Assembly (NCBI GenBank): GCA_001871075.1
Contig: MNUP01000033.1
Coordinates: forward strand, 437-64,436
DNA length: 64,000 bases
Source: Candidatus Desantisbacteria bacterium CG1_02_49_89
GTDB lineage: Bacteria > Desantisbacteria > UBA1551
Direction: 5' to 3'
Positions 17,841-27,929 of the stretch are shown here, one piece after another (positions within the stretch are counted from its first letter, which is position 1; every line of letters starts with the position of its first letter). Position numbers and translations under genes: made by a program. Under the pieces are notes generated by a model. The model made no database searches. It worked only from the letters and a program-made list of their open reading frames with translations, and was not told the DNA's origin.

Positions 17841-19241
17841 TTAATTATATTCCTCCCTCCTCCTTATCCCGTGTTTCCTCATAAGCGAATGGAAATTCTG
17901 CCTTTTCATTTTCACTTCCAACGCGGTCCTGCTGACGTTCCCGTTGTTCCTCTCCAGGGCGCTGGAAACAAACAGCTTTTCCAGTTCTTCAACAGCCTTT
18001 GCCCTCAGGTCTCTTTTTGCCTCTTTCAGCTTGTCGCTGCTCCTGGGGACCTCAGCCGATAACCGGACTTCATCTTTCCGGAATTCATTGGGAAGGTGGT
18101 TAGGCAGCACGGATTCATCCGCGACTGTAACTGCAAGCCTCTCAACAAGATTCTCAAGCTCGCGCACGTTGCCCGGCCAGTTATATTCCATCATCAGGTT
18201 CATTGCCTCAGGGGAAAATGACCTGACTTTTGAGCCTTTCCCGCGTATCGAAAGGAAATTCTCTATGAAGAGCGGTATGTCCTCTTTCCTTTCTCTAAGG
18301 GGAGGGATGTGCACCGGCACCACGTTCAAGCGGTAGAAAAGGTCTTCCCTGAAACTGCTGTCCTTCACCATTTTTTTAAGGTTTTTATTCGTCGCGGCGA
18401 TGATACGCACGTCCGCCTTCTTATTTACCACGTCCCCGACCCTCTTGAACTCCTTTTCCTGGAGCACCCTCAGCAGCTTTGCCTGGACACCGAGTGTGAT
18501 GTTGCCTATCTCATCCATGAAAAGAGTGCCGCCTTCGGCTGTTTCAAAAAGGCCTGGTTTATCCGCAGCTGCCCCGGTAAAAGAACCCTTCATATGGCCG
18601 AACAGCTCGCTTTCCATCAGGTTCTCGGAAAGGCTGCTGCAGTCAACGGATACGAAAGGCCTGCCTTTCCTTGGGCTGTTATGGTGTATGGCGTGCGCCA
18701 CAAGCTCCTTTCCTGTCCCGCTTTCTCCGGTTATCAGTATGGTGCTGTCAGTGCAGGACACCTTTTCAAGCAGGTCGTATATTTTTTGCATGGCCTGGCA
18801 TTTTCCCATTGCTTTTCCGAACGCGTATCTGTCTCCCAGTTCTTTTTTAAGCCTCTTGTTCTCTTTGATCATACCTTTGGATTCCAGCATCTTGGATACC
18901 TTTACGCGCAATTCCTCAGGCATGAACGGCTTGGGTATGTAGTCTGAAGCCCCAAGTTTCATTGCCTCCACCGCGTCGCCTACAGTGGAATAGCCTGTGA
19001 TCAGCAGTATGCTTATTTCCGGATACGCCTTCTTCGTCCGCCTGAGCAGTTCCATGCCGTTCATTCCCGGCATATTCACGTCCGCGATCACGATATCCGG
19101 GACTTTTTCGCCTATTTTCCTGAATGCTTCCGCCCCGTTCAGAGCTGTCTCGATAATGTAATCGCAGCTCTTCAGGATCGAAGCGCAGGCATCGCATATT
19201 TCCTTCTCATCATCCACGATCAGGATCCTGTATTTCTCCAT
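17841..19241 (-). CDS. NtrC-family sigma-54-dependent response regulator
   Basis: REC. AAA+ sigma-54 activator core (GESGTGKE, GAFTGA-like GSFTGA, ESELFGH). C-terminal Fis-type HTH. Confidence 0.85.
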   Translation of the reverse strand: MEKYRILIVDDEKEICDACASILKSCDYIIETALNGAEAFRKIGEKVPDIVIADVNMPGMNGMELLRRTKKAYPEISILLITGYSTVGDAVEAMKLGASDYIPKPFMPEELRVKVSKMLESKGMIKENKRLKKELGDRYAFGKAMGKCQAMQKIYDLLEKVSCTDSTILITGESGTGKELVAHAIHHNSPRKGRPFVSVDCSSLSENLMESELFGHMKGSFTGAAADKPGLFETAEGGTLFMDEIGNITLGVQAKLLRVLQEKEFKRVGDVVNKKADVRIIAATNKNLKKMVKDSSFREDLFYRLNVVPVHIPPLRERKEDIPLFIENFLSIRGKGSKVRSFSPEAMNLMMEYNWPGNVRELENLVERLAVTVADESVLPNHLPNEFRKDEVRLSAEVPRSSDKLKEAKRDLRAKAVEELEKLFVSSALERNNGNVSRTALEVKMKRQNFHSLMRKHGIRRREEYN

Positions 19242-19249
19242 ATATTCCT

Positions 19250-21133
19250 TTATTTCATTACCTTAAGGATCGCGTTGCTCAGTTCTTCCCCTGTGTATGG
19301 CTTTGCTACCACTCCCTTAAAACCGTATTTCCCGTATTCTGACATTATCGGGTCATTGGAATACCCGCTGGATGCTATTGCCCTGACTTCCGCTTCGATC
19401 TTGATCAATTCCTTGATCGCGTCCCTGCCTCCCATGCCTCCGGGTATTGTCAGGTCCATAATGACCGCGTCAAAAGGATTGCCTGATCTTTTCGCCCGGC
19501 TGTATAATTCAACGGCTTCCAGGCCGTCAGCCGCAAGTTCCGCCTCATATCCCAGACTCCTCAGGATGCAGCCGGTAGCTTGCCTGATCTGCTCTTCGTC
19601 ATCCATCAGCAGGATCCTGATCTTCCCGGCGCTATTCTTCTTAGGCGCGTAACTGCCCGGATCAACCGGCCTGTTTTCCATCGCCGGAATGTATATATAA
19701 AAAGTTGTCCCTGTCCCTTCCTTAGACTCAACCCTGATATACCCGTTGTGCTTCTTTATGATCGAATAGGCGGCGGACAGCCCCATTCCGCTTCCCTTTT
19801 CTTTTGTCGTGAAAAAAGGATCAAATATCCTGGACAGGTTTTCTTCGGGTATTCCCTTTCCGTTGTCATTCACGGATAATTTCACGTATTTTCCTTCCTT
19901 CAGCGCGATCTCCCGGCAGGTACCTGCATCCACGTTCTCCGCACTCAGGTTTATTACACCCCCTTTCGGCATTGACTGCTCAGCGTTGATAATAAGGTTG
20001 TTCATCACCTGCTGCATCTGTCCCTTATCCACCTCCGCATCCCACAGGTTGCCGGGAATGCGGAATTTGCATTTGACATTTGAACCGCTCAACGCGAAAT
20101 CCGCTGACTCTTTAATCAGCGCGGCTATTGATGCCGATTCCTTGATGGGCACGCCTGCCTTAGAAAAAGTAAGCAGCTGCTGGGTCAGGCCCTTAGCGCG
20201 CAGAGCTGCTTTCTCGATCCTGCCCAGCGCTTCAAAAGCATCTCCTTCGGGTTTGATCTCCGTTTTCATTGAAAAAACGCTGGTAATGATGACTGTCAGC
20301 ATATTGTTAAAATCGTGTGCAATGCCCCCGGTGAGTATGCCCAGTGATTCAAGTTTCTGGGCCTTCAAAATTTCCTCATTCATTTTTTTACGGTCTGTAA
20401 CATCCCGGAAAAATCCTACGTTCAGCAGCCTTCCTCCCATCCTTATGGGCCTTGACCCTATATCGGCAAAAATAACTTTCCCGTTTTTCCTTAAACAGGG
20501 CATGTCCTCGGCGATCGCGATCTCGCCTTTAACCTGTTTTTTGAACGCTTCCGTCACATGTTTCAAGCTGCCTTTGGGATGTATGTCGTTCACTCCCATA
20601 TTCACCAGTTCTTTTTCTTCATAACCCAGGAAACGGCATATTGCGGGATTGGCGAATTTTATCTTCATTGTCTCCGCGTCTGCCGCGAGTATCCCGTCCA
20701 CAGCCCCTTCAAATACCGATCTGAACTTTCCCTCGGATTCCCTGAGCTGTTCTTCCACGGCTCTGCGCTCCATAACCTGTCTTATCAGGGACAGGATCGA
20801 GTTCATGTCAACCGGCTTGGTTTCGTAACTTACTATATCCTTTTTTCTTACAGCCTCAACCGCGCTTTCTATTGAGGCATAACCCGTAATAACTATATAT
20901 TCCGTTCCCTGAGCTTGCAGGGAAAGCCTTTCGATCAGCTCAAGCCCTGTCATGTCAGGCAGTTTTATATCGACAAGAATAAGGTCAAACAATTTTTCGC
21001 CGCAAAGTTTAACCGCGGCCTGCCCGTTATCCGCGGTATCCGCCGTATAACCCTCTTCCTGCAGGATATCCCTCATATTATAAACGAAATCTTTATCGTC
21101 ATCTATGATCAGTATATTGGGCTTTTTCCTCAT
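19250..21133 (-). CDS. Hybrid sensor kinase (REC-PAS-HisKA-HATPase-REC)
   Basis: N-terminal REC. PAS. LESLGILTGGIAHDFNN. GKGIPEENL / GSGMGLS. C-terminal REC. Confidence 0.8.
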   Translation of the reverse strand: MRKKPNILIIDDDKDFVYNMRDILQEEGYTADTADNGQAAVKLCGEKLFDLILVDIKLPDMTGLELIERLSLQAQGTEYIVITGYASIESAVEAVRKKDIVSYETKPVDMNSILSLIRQVMERRAVEEQLRESEGKFRSVFEGAVDGILAADAETMKIKFANPAICRFLGYEEKELVNMGVNDIHPKGSLKHVTEAFKKQVKGEIAIAEDMPCLRKNGKVIFADIGSRPIRMGGRLLNVGFFRDVTDRKKMNEEILKAQKLESLGILTGGIAHDFNNMLTVIITSVFSMKTEIKPEGDAFEALGRIEKAALRAKGLTQQLLTFSKAGVPIKESASIAALIKESADFALSGSNVKCKFRIPGNLWDAEVDKGQMQQVMNNLIINAEQSMPKGGVINLSAENVDAGTCREIALKEGKYVKLSVNDNGKGIPEENLSRIFDPFFTTKEKGSGMGLSAAYSIIKKHNGYIRVESKEGTGTTFYIYIPAMENRPVDPGSYAPKKNSAGKIRILLMDDEEQIRQATGCILRSLGYEAELAADGLEAVELYSRAKRSGNPFDAVIMDLTIPGGMGGRDAIKELIKIEAEVRAIASSGYSNDPIMSEYGKYGFKGVVAKPYTGEELSNAILKVMK

Positions 21134-21151
21134 ATTATCCTTTTTCTGCGT

Positions 21152-21919
21152 TTAATTTCTATCACGTTTCCCGAGTCCGCCCCTGGTTCTTTGCTCTCTT
21201 ATGCCGTCAAGCAAAGAAATGAGGTATTCCATATTTACCGGCTTCTCAAGACAGATATAAGCGCTTTCCTCCAGCGCCTGCTTTACAGGCCCTGACATCT
21301 CTTTCGGGTACCCGGTTACGAGGATAGCAACGATCTCTCTGCGGATATCCCTTACTGAAAGGTAGGTATACAGCCCGTTAAAGGGCGGAAGTTTCATGTC
21401 CAGGAGCAGGACATCAAAATCATTCTCTCTTGCCTTTTCCAGCGCTGTTTCGCCGTTGCAGGCCATAGTGACACTGTAACCCTTATCGCTAAGCACGTCC
21501 CTGATGTTTTTGCAGAATGCCTCGTCGTCATCAGCTACCAGCACGAGCATTCTTCCGGAAACTGCATTTTCAATGACATCAAACAGTCTGTCAAAATTCA
21601 ACGGTTTTTTCAGGAAGCCGAATGCTCCCTCCTGCAGTGTTTCCTTGATAGACCTTTCCATCTCGTAAGCCGTGATCATTATCACCGCGGTATCCGGCGA
21701 TATTTTTTTTATTTTCCTGAACGCCTCAACGCCGTTCAACAGCGGCATCTTTACATCCATCAATATAAAAGCATAGCTGTTCCTCCGCGCGGAATCAACC
21801 GCCTCTGATCCGTTATGGGCAATTTCCACCTCATAACCCTTCAATTCTATGATGTCTGCCACGTTCCTGCAGAATTCCTCGTTGTCATCCGCAACAAGAA
21901 CTTTGTTTTTTTCATCCAT
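21152..21919 (-). CDS. Tandem-receiver (REC-REC) response regulator with no output domain
   Basis: Two complete CheY-like domains (VLVADDNEEF...D and VLVADDDEAF...D). Confidence 0.75.
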   Translation of the reverse strand: MDEKNKVLVADDNEEFCRNVADIIELKGYEVEIAHNGSEAVDSARRNSYAFILMDVKMPLLNGVEAFRKIKKISPDTAVIMITAYEMERSIKETLQEGAFGFLKKPLNFDRLFDVIENAVSGRMLVLVADDDEAFCKNIRDVLSDKGYSVTMACNGETALEKARENDFDVLLLDMKLPPFNGLYTYLSVRDIRREIVAILVTGYPKEMSGPVKQALEESAYICLEKPVNMEYLISLLDGIREQRTRGGLGKRDRN

Positions 21920-23432
21920 TGCCCTTACCTCCGTTACCGGTATATTCCGGAGGTAATCGTATAAATACGGTAGTCCCCCTGCGCGGTTCAGATCTAACCT
22001 CTATCGTGCCACCGTGCCTTTCTATTATCATCTTGGAAATAGACGCGCCGAAACCTATGCCCTTTGCTTTTGTGCTGAAAAACGGCTCAAATACCCTGTT
22101 GATATCCTCAGGCGCGATGCCTGAGCCTGTATCGGTAAAGGATATTTCAATCCTTCTATCCGCAAGGCTGCGGACATCAACAGTCAGCGAGCCTTTCCAG
22201 TCCATTGCCTCCGCCGCGTTTGTTATTATATTTTTTAAAGCTATCTGCAGCTGCCCCTTATCGGCTTTGACCATTATTTTTTCAGACGGGAAGTTTCTTG
22301 CGATATTTATCGAAGGCGGTAATTTAGAAGCGTTTATTAAGCCTGACAAAAATAATGATATGTCCATCCTTTCAAAACGCGCTTCTTCGATCCTTGTCAG
22401 GTTAAGGATGCTCTGTATGATGGAAGCGGCATCTTCAGTGCTGGATTTGATCCGGTCAAGGTGCTGGCTTACCTTTTCTCCGGCGCTTTCCAATTTTGTT
22501 TTCAGGTAGAATGCTGAACTGTCTATCGTGGCAAGCGGATTTCTCAGTTCGTGCGCTATGCCGGCCGCAAACTGGCCGATAGCTACCAGCTTTTCTTTGC
22601 TCAACAGCTCTTCCTGGGCCGTCCTCAGGTCAACCGCCATCTTCTCGAACGAACGGGCCAGATCCCCGATTTCGTCCTTCTTTTTTGCCAATACCGCATC
22701 GATTTCCACGCGGGCATCGCCCTTGCCTATCTTATCCGCCATTTCGTGCAGTTTTTGTATAGGCCTGGTTATGCTCAAAGTTGAAAATATAATAATAAAA
22801 CATAAAATAAGAAATGAAAAAACAGCGGTCAGTAAAGATACTTTCAGCCTGTTCTTTTCAGCTTTGTCGGATATATTTTTCGTTTCCTCAATGCTTCTCA
22901 TGCACTCTTCGTAGATCATTGCCATGGCAAGGGATACCTTATCTTCCGCGGGGGTAACTTCGTTTCCTATCATATCAGCGGTCTTTCTAACCGCGTCCGG
23001 GTTCCAGACAGAAACAGCCATCCTTGATATTATTGCCGTATATAGAGTGTCTTCTGCCGATATTGCGTCCTTCAGATCCTTTGAAAGCTGAGTATTGAGT
23101 TTTATTTCGGACTGAGTAAACACTTCGCCCAGCTTCTGCAGTTCAGCCTGCCTTTGATCTCTCAGCAATGTGCTTTTCCGGATCAACTTTTGAAGCCCCT
23201 CTTTATCGCCTTTCTGCAGGGCTATAACCGCCTTTCTTATCAAGGCAGCAAGTTCTGTGTTAATGAACTGCAGACCGGAACTGACGCTTAACTTTTCTAT
23301 TGCGGGCATTATAATAGAATTTCTTAAATACCTGCCTTTTTTTACGGAAATAAAAGAACTCAAGGTCTGATATACGCTCAGGATAAGCAGGGGCAGGATG
23401 ATAAACAGCGCTATCCTATTTCTCAGGTTCAC
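21912..23432 (-). CDS. Membrane HAMP sensor histidine kinase
   Basis: Two TM segments. HAMP. H-box GIAHELRNPL. HATPase (GSGIAPEDI, GIGFGAS). Confidence 0.8.
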   Translation of the reverse strand: MNLRNRIALFIILPLLILSVYQTLSSFISVKKGRYLRNSIIMPAIEKLSVSSGLQFINTELAALIRKAVIALQKGDKEGLQKLIRKSTLLRDQRQAELQKLGEVFTQSEIKLNTQLSKDLKDAISAEDTLYTAIISRMAVSVWNPDAVRKTADMIGNEVTPAEDKVSLAMAMIYEECMRSIEETKNISDKAEKNRLKVSLLTAVFSFLILCFIIIFSTLSITRPIQKLHEMADKIGKGDARVEIDAVLAKKKDEIGDLARSFEKMAVDLRTAQEELLSKEKLVAIGQFAAGIAHELRNPLATIDSSAFYLKTKLESAGEKVSQHLDRIKSSTEDAASIIQSILNLTRIEEARFERMDISLFLSGLINASKLPPSINIARNFPSEKIMVKADKGQLQIALKNIITNAAEAMDWKGSLTVDVRSLADRRIEISFTDTGSGIAPEDINRVFEPFFSTKAKGIGFGASISKMIIERHGGTIEVRSEPRRGTTVFIRLPPEYTGNGGKGNG

Positions 23433-23503
23433 CTGGTCTCCTTTTTGCGTTGTATCATAAATTTATACCCGCTTGCCATTGTCCCCGGAGAAATATTCTT
23501 ATT

Positions 23504-25606
23504 TCATCCAGGGAAAATCCTGGACGGCAGGCTTATAAGGAACTTCGCGCCTTTACCGGGCCTGCTGTGCACTTCTATCCTGCCGTTATGCGCCGTAACT
23601 ATGTTATTGATAATGAACAATCCCAGGCCCACACCATTTTTCTTCGTGGTGGAGAATGGCTGGAATAACTTGTCCTTGTCCTCGTGCCTGATCCCTTCCC
23701 CTGTGTCGCTGAATTCTACGCAGACCATCCCGTTGCTGCTGAAGGTCGAGATATTCAGCTCCCCTCCGTCAGGCATTGCTTCGCTCGCGTTCGTGATCAG
23801 GTTAATAAAGGCCTGCTCAAGCATCGCGCTGTCGCCGCTGACAGGCGGCAGGGAACGCTCGAACTGGCCTATGGTCGCAATGCCTTTCATGAATTTCTGC
23901 TTTTCTGTCAGGCTGATCGCGCTCTTCAGCACTCCGTTTATATTTATCTTACCGAATTTCAGCTCAGACGGCTTTGAAAGCCTCAGAAGATTCTCGATTA
24001 TTTTCGCGATATGCCCTGCCCCCTCATCGATCGCCTTCATATCTTCCAGGACCTCGGAGCTGAAGCCTTCTGTTTTCAGCAACAGCTGGATCCTGCCCGT
24101 GATCGCGGAAAGCGGGTTTCTTATGTCGTGCGCGATGCCTGCCGCAAGATGGCCTATGGAAGCCATCTTGTCTGACTGGACCAACTGCCTTATAAGCTCC
24201 TTCTGCGTCTGGAACAGCTCCGCATTCTCAACTGCTATCGCTATCTCATAACCCAGGGAAGACAAAATCCTGAAGTCTTCCTCGTTATACATCAGGCCTG
24301 AAGCTTTTCTGTCCAGCGTAAAAATTCCCGTAAGCCCTGCCTTGCCGATAATGGGGATACTTACGTAAGCTCCGATCGAATCAAGCAGTATCTTATTTTC
24401 CAATCTTTGTTCTGTCTTGTATAAACCGCTCCTGCTCTCGCCTTCCTCTCTTACAAGTATTTTGCCTGTTGACAGGAACTTTACTATTTCGTCCTCTTTC
24501 CTGAAAACAACGCTTCCCGCAAGCTCAGACAATAAACCCGCGCTGAACTTCATCACAAACCCATTTTTCACATTATTGAACAGTATCATGGAGCCTTTCT
24601 CGACGCCGATTATGCCTGCCAGACCCGTAACGACTTTCTCCGCAAGCTCATCCGGATCTATGGTTATGGCAAGTATCCTGCCGAAAGACTGAAGGGTTTT
24701 CTGGTAATCGTACCTGCCGGCGAAGATCAGCCTGTCAAAACCTTTTTCTATCCTTTCTTTTAAAGTAAAGATAATAAGAACAGTCAGGCCGGTTGCACCC
24801 ATCATTAAGAGCGCCGCTTCAGGCAGAGTCATAGATTCCCCGATTAACTGCCTGTATATATATATTATGGGCAAATAAATTCCTATTATAATGGTAAACA
24901 AAGCCGTGTATGAAAGCGTCTTCTTCAGCACAATGGTAATGTCCAACAGTCTATACCTGAGTATAGCATAAGTGACAATTCCTGTATAAAGAACATTAAA
25001 TAGATAGCCTATGGGATAAAAAGCTTTTCCGGCAACAGTAAATACATTTATCGTTCCTCCTATAATGCCTATCCCGATACCAAGGAGAACGTAAGCAAGC
25101 TGGTTATGTTTTACATCAAAGCTTTTCTTGTAACCGTTCCACAGAACATGAAGACTGTCATATCCAAAAAATAGCAGAAAAAAATTAAAAAAGACTCCGG
25201 CAGGGCCAATTTGCGGATACCAACCCCAGGAATGGTAATAAATATCCGAAAAGAAAAGTTTGGTAAACCAGATAAATGGAAGAAATGCGGCGCTTATCAA
25301 CAGACCGGCTATTTTGAACCTCTGCCTTGCAGCTCCTTCGCTCTCTGTTATAGAAAGAGAAAAAAGATAAGTTAAGGAAGGTATAAAAACTAATCCAGTT
25401 CCGTTTATTCTGCATGCAAGCGCTGCTATTTTGGGGTTTGAAGCTAAAAATGATAAAAATGCCCCCATATTCCAGGTAAACACAGATAAACCGCCAAAAA
25501 TAAAGGCAATGCGTGCGGCATCTTTCTTAGCCCTGAAATATACTAAAATAACCAGAAATAAATTTGTAAGGCTGGCAACCAATGGTATTAAACTGTATAC
25601 TGTCAT
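23504..25606 (-). CDS. Polytopic-membrane sensor histidine kinase (7TM-like N-terminus, GAF, HisKA, HATPase)
   Basis: About 8 N-terminal TM helices. H-box GIAHDIRNPL. GEGIRHEDKDKLF / GVGLGLF. It starts 3 nt after the KAS gene. Confidence 0.75.
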   Translation of the reverse strand: MTVYSLIPLVASLTNLFLVILVYFRAKKDAARIAFIFGGLSVFTWNMGAFLSFLASNPKIAALACRINGTGLVFIPSLTYLFSLSITESEGAARQRFKIAGLLISAAFLPFIWFTKLFFSDIYYHSWGWYPQIGPAGVFFNFFLLFFGYDSLHVLWNGYKKSFDVKHNQLAYVLLGIGIGIIGGTINVFTVAGKAFYPIGYLFNVLYTGIVTYAILRYRLLDITIVLKKTLSYTALFTIIIGIYLPIIYIYRQLIGESMTLPEAALLMMGATGLTVLIIFTLKERIEKGFDRLIFAGRYDYQKTLQSFGRILAITIDPDELAEKVVTGLAGIIGVEKGSMILFNNVKNGFVMKFSAGLLSELAGSVVFRKEDEIVKFLSTGKILVREEGESRSGLYKTEQRLENKILLDSIGAYVSIPIIGKAGLTGIFTLDRKASGLMYNEEDFRILSSLGYEIAIAVENAELFQTQKELIRQLVQSDKMASIGHLAAGIAHDIRNPLSAITGRIQLLLKTEGFSSEVLEDMKAIDEGAGHIAKIIENLLRLSKPSELKFGKININGVLKSAISLTEKQKFMKGIATIGQFERSLPPVSGDSAMLEQAFINLITNASEAMPDGGELNISTFSSNGMVCVEFSDTGEGIRHEDKDKLFQPFSTTKKNGVGLGLFIINNIVTAHNGRIEVHSRPGKGAKFLISLPSRIFPG

Positions 25607-25608
25607 TT

Positions 25609-26850
25609 TTACCCCTGAAATTTTCTGAAAACTAAGGCGGCATTTAATCCTGAAAAACCGCAGCCATTTTGAAGAACGGCATCCACTCTGGCGCTGCGTG
25701 CTTCATTCGGAACGCAGTCAAGGTCACAGGCAGAATCAGGATGCTCATAATTTATTGTGGGCGGTATCAGGCCGTTTTCTATGGTTAAAACCGAAGCCAC
25801 AGCCTGAATAGCCCCTGCCCCGCCGAGTGCGTGGCCTATCATTGATTTTATTGAATTAACAGGTATTCTGTATGCATTTTCACCGAAAACCTGCTTTATT
25901 GCCATAGTTTCAGCCACTTCATTCAACGGGGTTGAACTCCCATGGGCATTTATATTGTCGATCTCCCCGGGCTTTACCCCGGCGTCATCAAGCGCAAGTT
26001 TCATTGCCCTTGCCGTTTCTTTCGCATCCTCTGTAGGCGCGGTCATATGAAAAGCATTGCAGGTGGCGCCGAATCCTGCGATCTCGGCGTATATATGGGC
26101 ATTTCTCCTTAATGCATGCTCGAGTTCTTCTAAGAGAAGAATGCCGCATCCCTCTGCCAGAACAAACCCATCTCTTTCCTTGTCAAAAGGCCTGGATGCC
26201 TTTTCTGGTTCGTCATTTCTGGTTGAAACAGCATGGATCACGCAAAAAGATTGCAGGACAAAAGGAATAAGAGGGGATTCGGTGCCTCCGGCTATTGCCA
26301 TATCGGATTTTCCTAAGCGGATATCATTCAGGGCAGTGCCGACGGCAGTATGCCCTGACGTGCAGCCGGTTGAAAGAGTGGCGCTTGAACCCTTGATGCC
26401 GAATTCAATGGAAATAAAACCCAGGTGCGAACAGGGGAAAAAAGCGATCCCCATAAAGGGACTGATGCTTTTAATTCCCTTTTCATAAAAAGACATGATC
26501 TGTTTTTCAAGAAAAACAGGGCTGCCTACCGCTGAGCCGACAAAGAGGCCTATGCGTTCAGGATCTTCACGGGAAAGGTCAATACCGCTGTCCTCTACGG
26601 ACATCTTTGTAGCGGCTATGGCATACTGGCTGGAAACATCCATCCTGCGTATGTTTTTCGGATTTTTAATATATTCCCCGGGTTCAAAACCTTCCACTTC
26701 GCCTGCGATCTGAGAAGACAGTTCCGAAGCATCGAATTTCGTGATTTTGCGAATGCAGGATCTCCCCCCTGTCATTGACTTCCAGAAATCGTCTTTTCCA
26801 ATGCCGGCAGGACTAACCACTCCAATACCAGTGATTACAACGCGCCGCAT
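25609..26850 (-). CDS. Beta-ketoacyl-ACP synthase II-like condensing enzyme (FabF family)
   Basis: MRRVVITGIGVVSP N-terminus. Active-site Cys in GCTSG. His-His (NAHGSSTPLNE, SMIGHALGGAGA). Confidence 0.8.
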   Translation of the reverse strand: MRRVVITGIGVVSPAGIGKDDFWKSMTGGRSCIRKITKFDASELSSQIAGEVEGFEPGEYIKNPKNIRRMDVSSQYAIAATKMSVEDSGIDLSREDPERIGLFVGSAVGSPVFLEKQIMSFYEKGIKSISPFMGIAFFPCSHLGFISIEFGIKGSSATLSTGCTSGHTAVGTALNDIRLGKSDMAIAGGTESPLIPFVLQSFCVIHAVSTRNDEPEKASRPFDKERDGFVLAEGCGILLLEELEHALRRNAHIYAEIAGFGATCNAFHMTAPTEDAKETARAMKLALDDAGVKPGEIDNINAHGSSTPLNEVAETMAIKQVFGENAYRIPVNSIKSMIGHALGGAGAIQAVASVLTIENGLIPPTINYEHPDSACDLDCVPNEARSARVDAVLQNGCGFSGLNAALVFRKFQG

Positions 26851-26895
26851 TAGGATACCCCATAAATATTATAACACAAACAATCGAATTTTATT

Positions 26896-27489
26896 TTATG
26901 CTCCAGAAAATTTACCTGCCTTTCTGAAAAAAGGAATAAAAGCAGGAACTAATTTTTTATATTTCAGATATTCTTCTCCTATCTCTTTGCTTAATATTTT
27001 CTCCTCATAAGACATTCTCATGAGGAGCACGGGAATATAGCACAGGAACAAAAAAACGAGGGAAAGATATGAATTCGGAACCAGGCACAGACCTGTGCTT
27101 TTTATAATCATTGAAAGGTATGCGGGATGCCTTACGTAAGCATAAGGACCTTTCCTGATAATGCTGTGCCCCTGCCTGATTTCGATATCCCCGCTCCAAT
27201 ATTTCTGAAGAGTTTTAACAGCATAGCTCCTGCCCCACAAGCCAAGCAGAAACAGAGCAAGGCCTGCAAACGATACCCAGATATTGATTTTTCTTTTAAT
27301 AATAAAGTATTCGGCAACCGCCAGCATGTTCAGCGTGTAATATGTCAGCGTAATCAGCATATGCGTCCATTCAAAATAGGTTTTACCCCTATTTTGCGAA
27401 GAAGCTTTATCCACCCTTCTTTCCGCAAACAGCTGATAAAATACAGCAAACCCAAGAAAAAAGAGATAAAAAACTGTGTATATTTTCAT
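26896..27489 (-). CDS. ICMT/PEMT-family membrane methyltransferase
   Basis: Multi-TM. RKGPYAYVRHPAYL signature of the isoprenylcysteine carboxyl / phospholipid methyltransferase family. Confidence 0.7.
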   Translation of the reverse strand: MKIYTVFYLFFLGFAVFYQLFAERRVDKASSQNRGKTYFEWTHMLITLTYYTLNMLAVAEYFIIKRKINIWVSFAGLALFLLGLWGRSYAVKTLQKYWSGDIEIRQGHSIIRKGPYAYVRHPAYLSMIIKSTGLCLVPNSYLSLVFLFLCYIPVLLMRMSYEEKILSKEIGEEYLKYKKLVPAFIPFFRKAGKFSGA

Positions 27490-27929
27490 TTTTCTTTTTC
27501 TATATTCTCCTTAAGGCTTCTCAGCGTGTTTTTTGCTGATTTTGACACATAATTCCCGGCAGCATACAGTTCCAGCAGCTTCCCTATCACAGGCACCTTA
27601 AAAACCACGTTGTGCGTTATGGTAAGCTTCGTGCCCTCAGGCACCTGCTCAAAGATCCACTCGCCGGTCATGCCTTTCAAAGGCCCGTCAACCTGCTGAA
27701 ACCAAAAAAGCGAGTTTTTCTCTTCAAAAACGATGGAGCCCAGCCAGGAAAATACCTTTCCGTTAATTTCGGCTGTGCGCTCCACGAAAATATGGGTGCC
27801 GTCTCTTGCCAGGACCCTGCACTTCTTGAAATACGGGATATATTTCGGGTGGTTTGCCACATCGCTGGCAATGCGGTAAACCTCCTCCACCGGCCTGTTT
27901 ATAATTACGGAATCACTTAAATGAACCAT
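27486..27929 (-). CDS. SRPBCC (START/Bet v1-like; polyketide cyclase/dehydrase-type) protein
   Basis: 147 aa, MVHLSDSVIINRPVEEVYRIASDV...HPKYIPYFK, a typical SRPBCC fold. It overlaps the methyltransferase gene by 4 nt. Confidence 0.6.
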   Translation of the reverse strand: MVHLSDSVIINRPVEEVYRIASDVANHPKYIPYFKKCRVLARDGTHIFVERTAEINGKVFSWLGSIVFEEKNSLFWFQQVDGPLKGMTGEWIFEQVPEGTKLTITHNVVFKVPVIGKLLELYAAGNYVSKSAKNTLRSLKENIEKEK

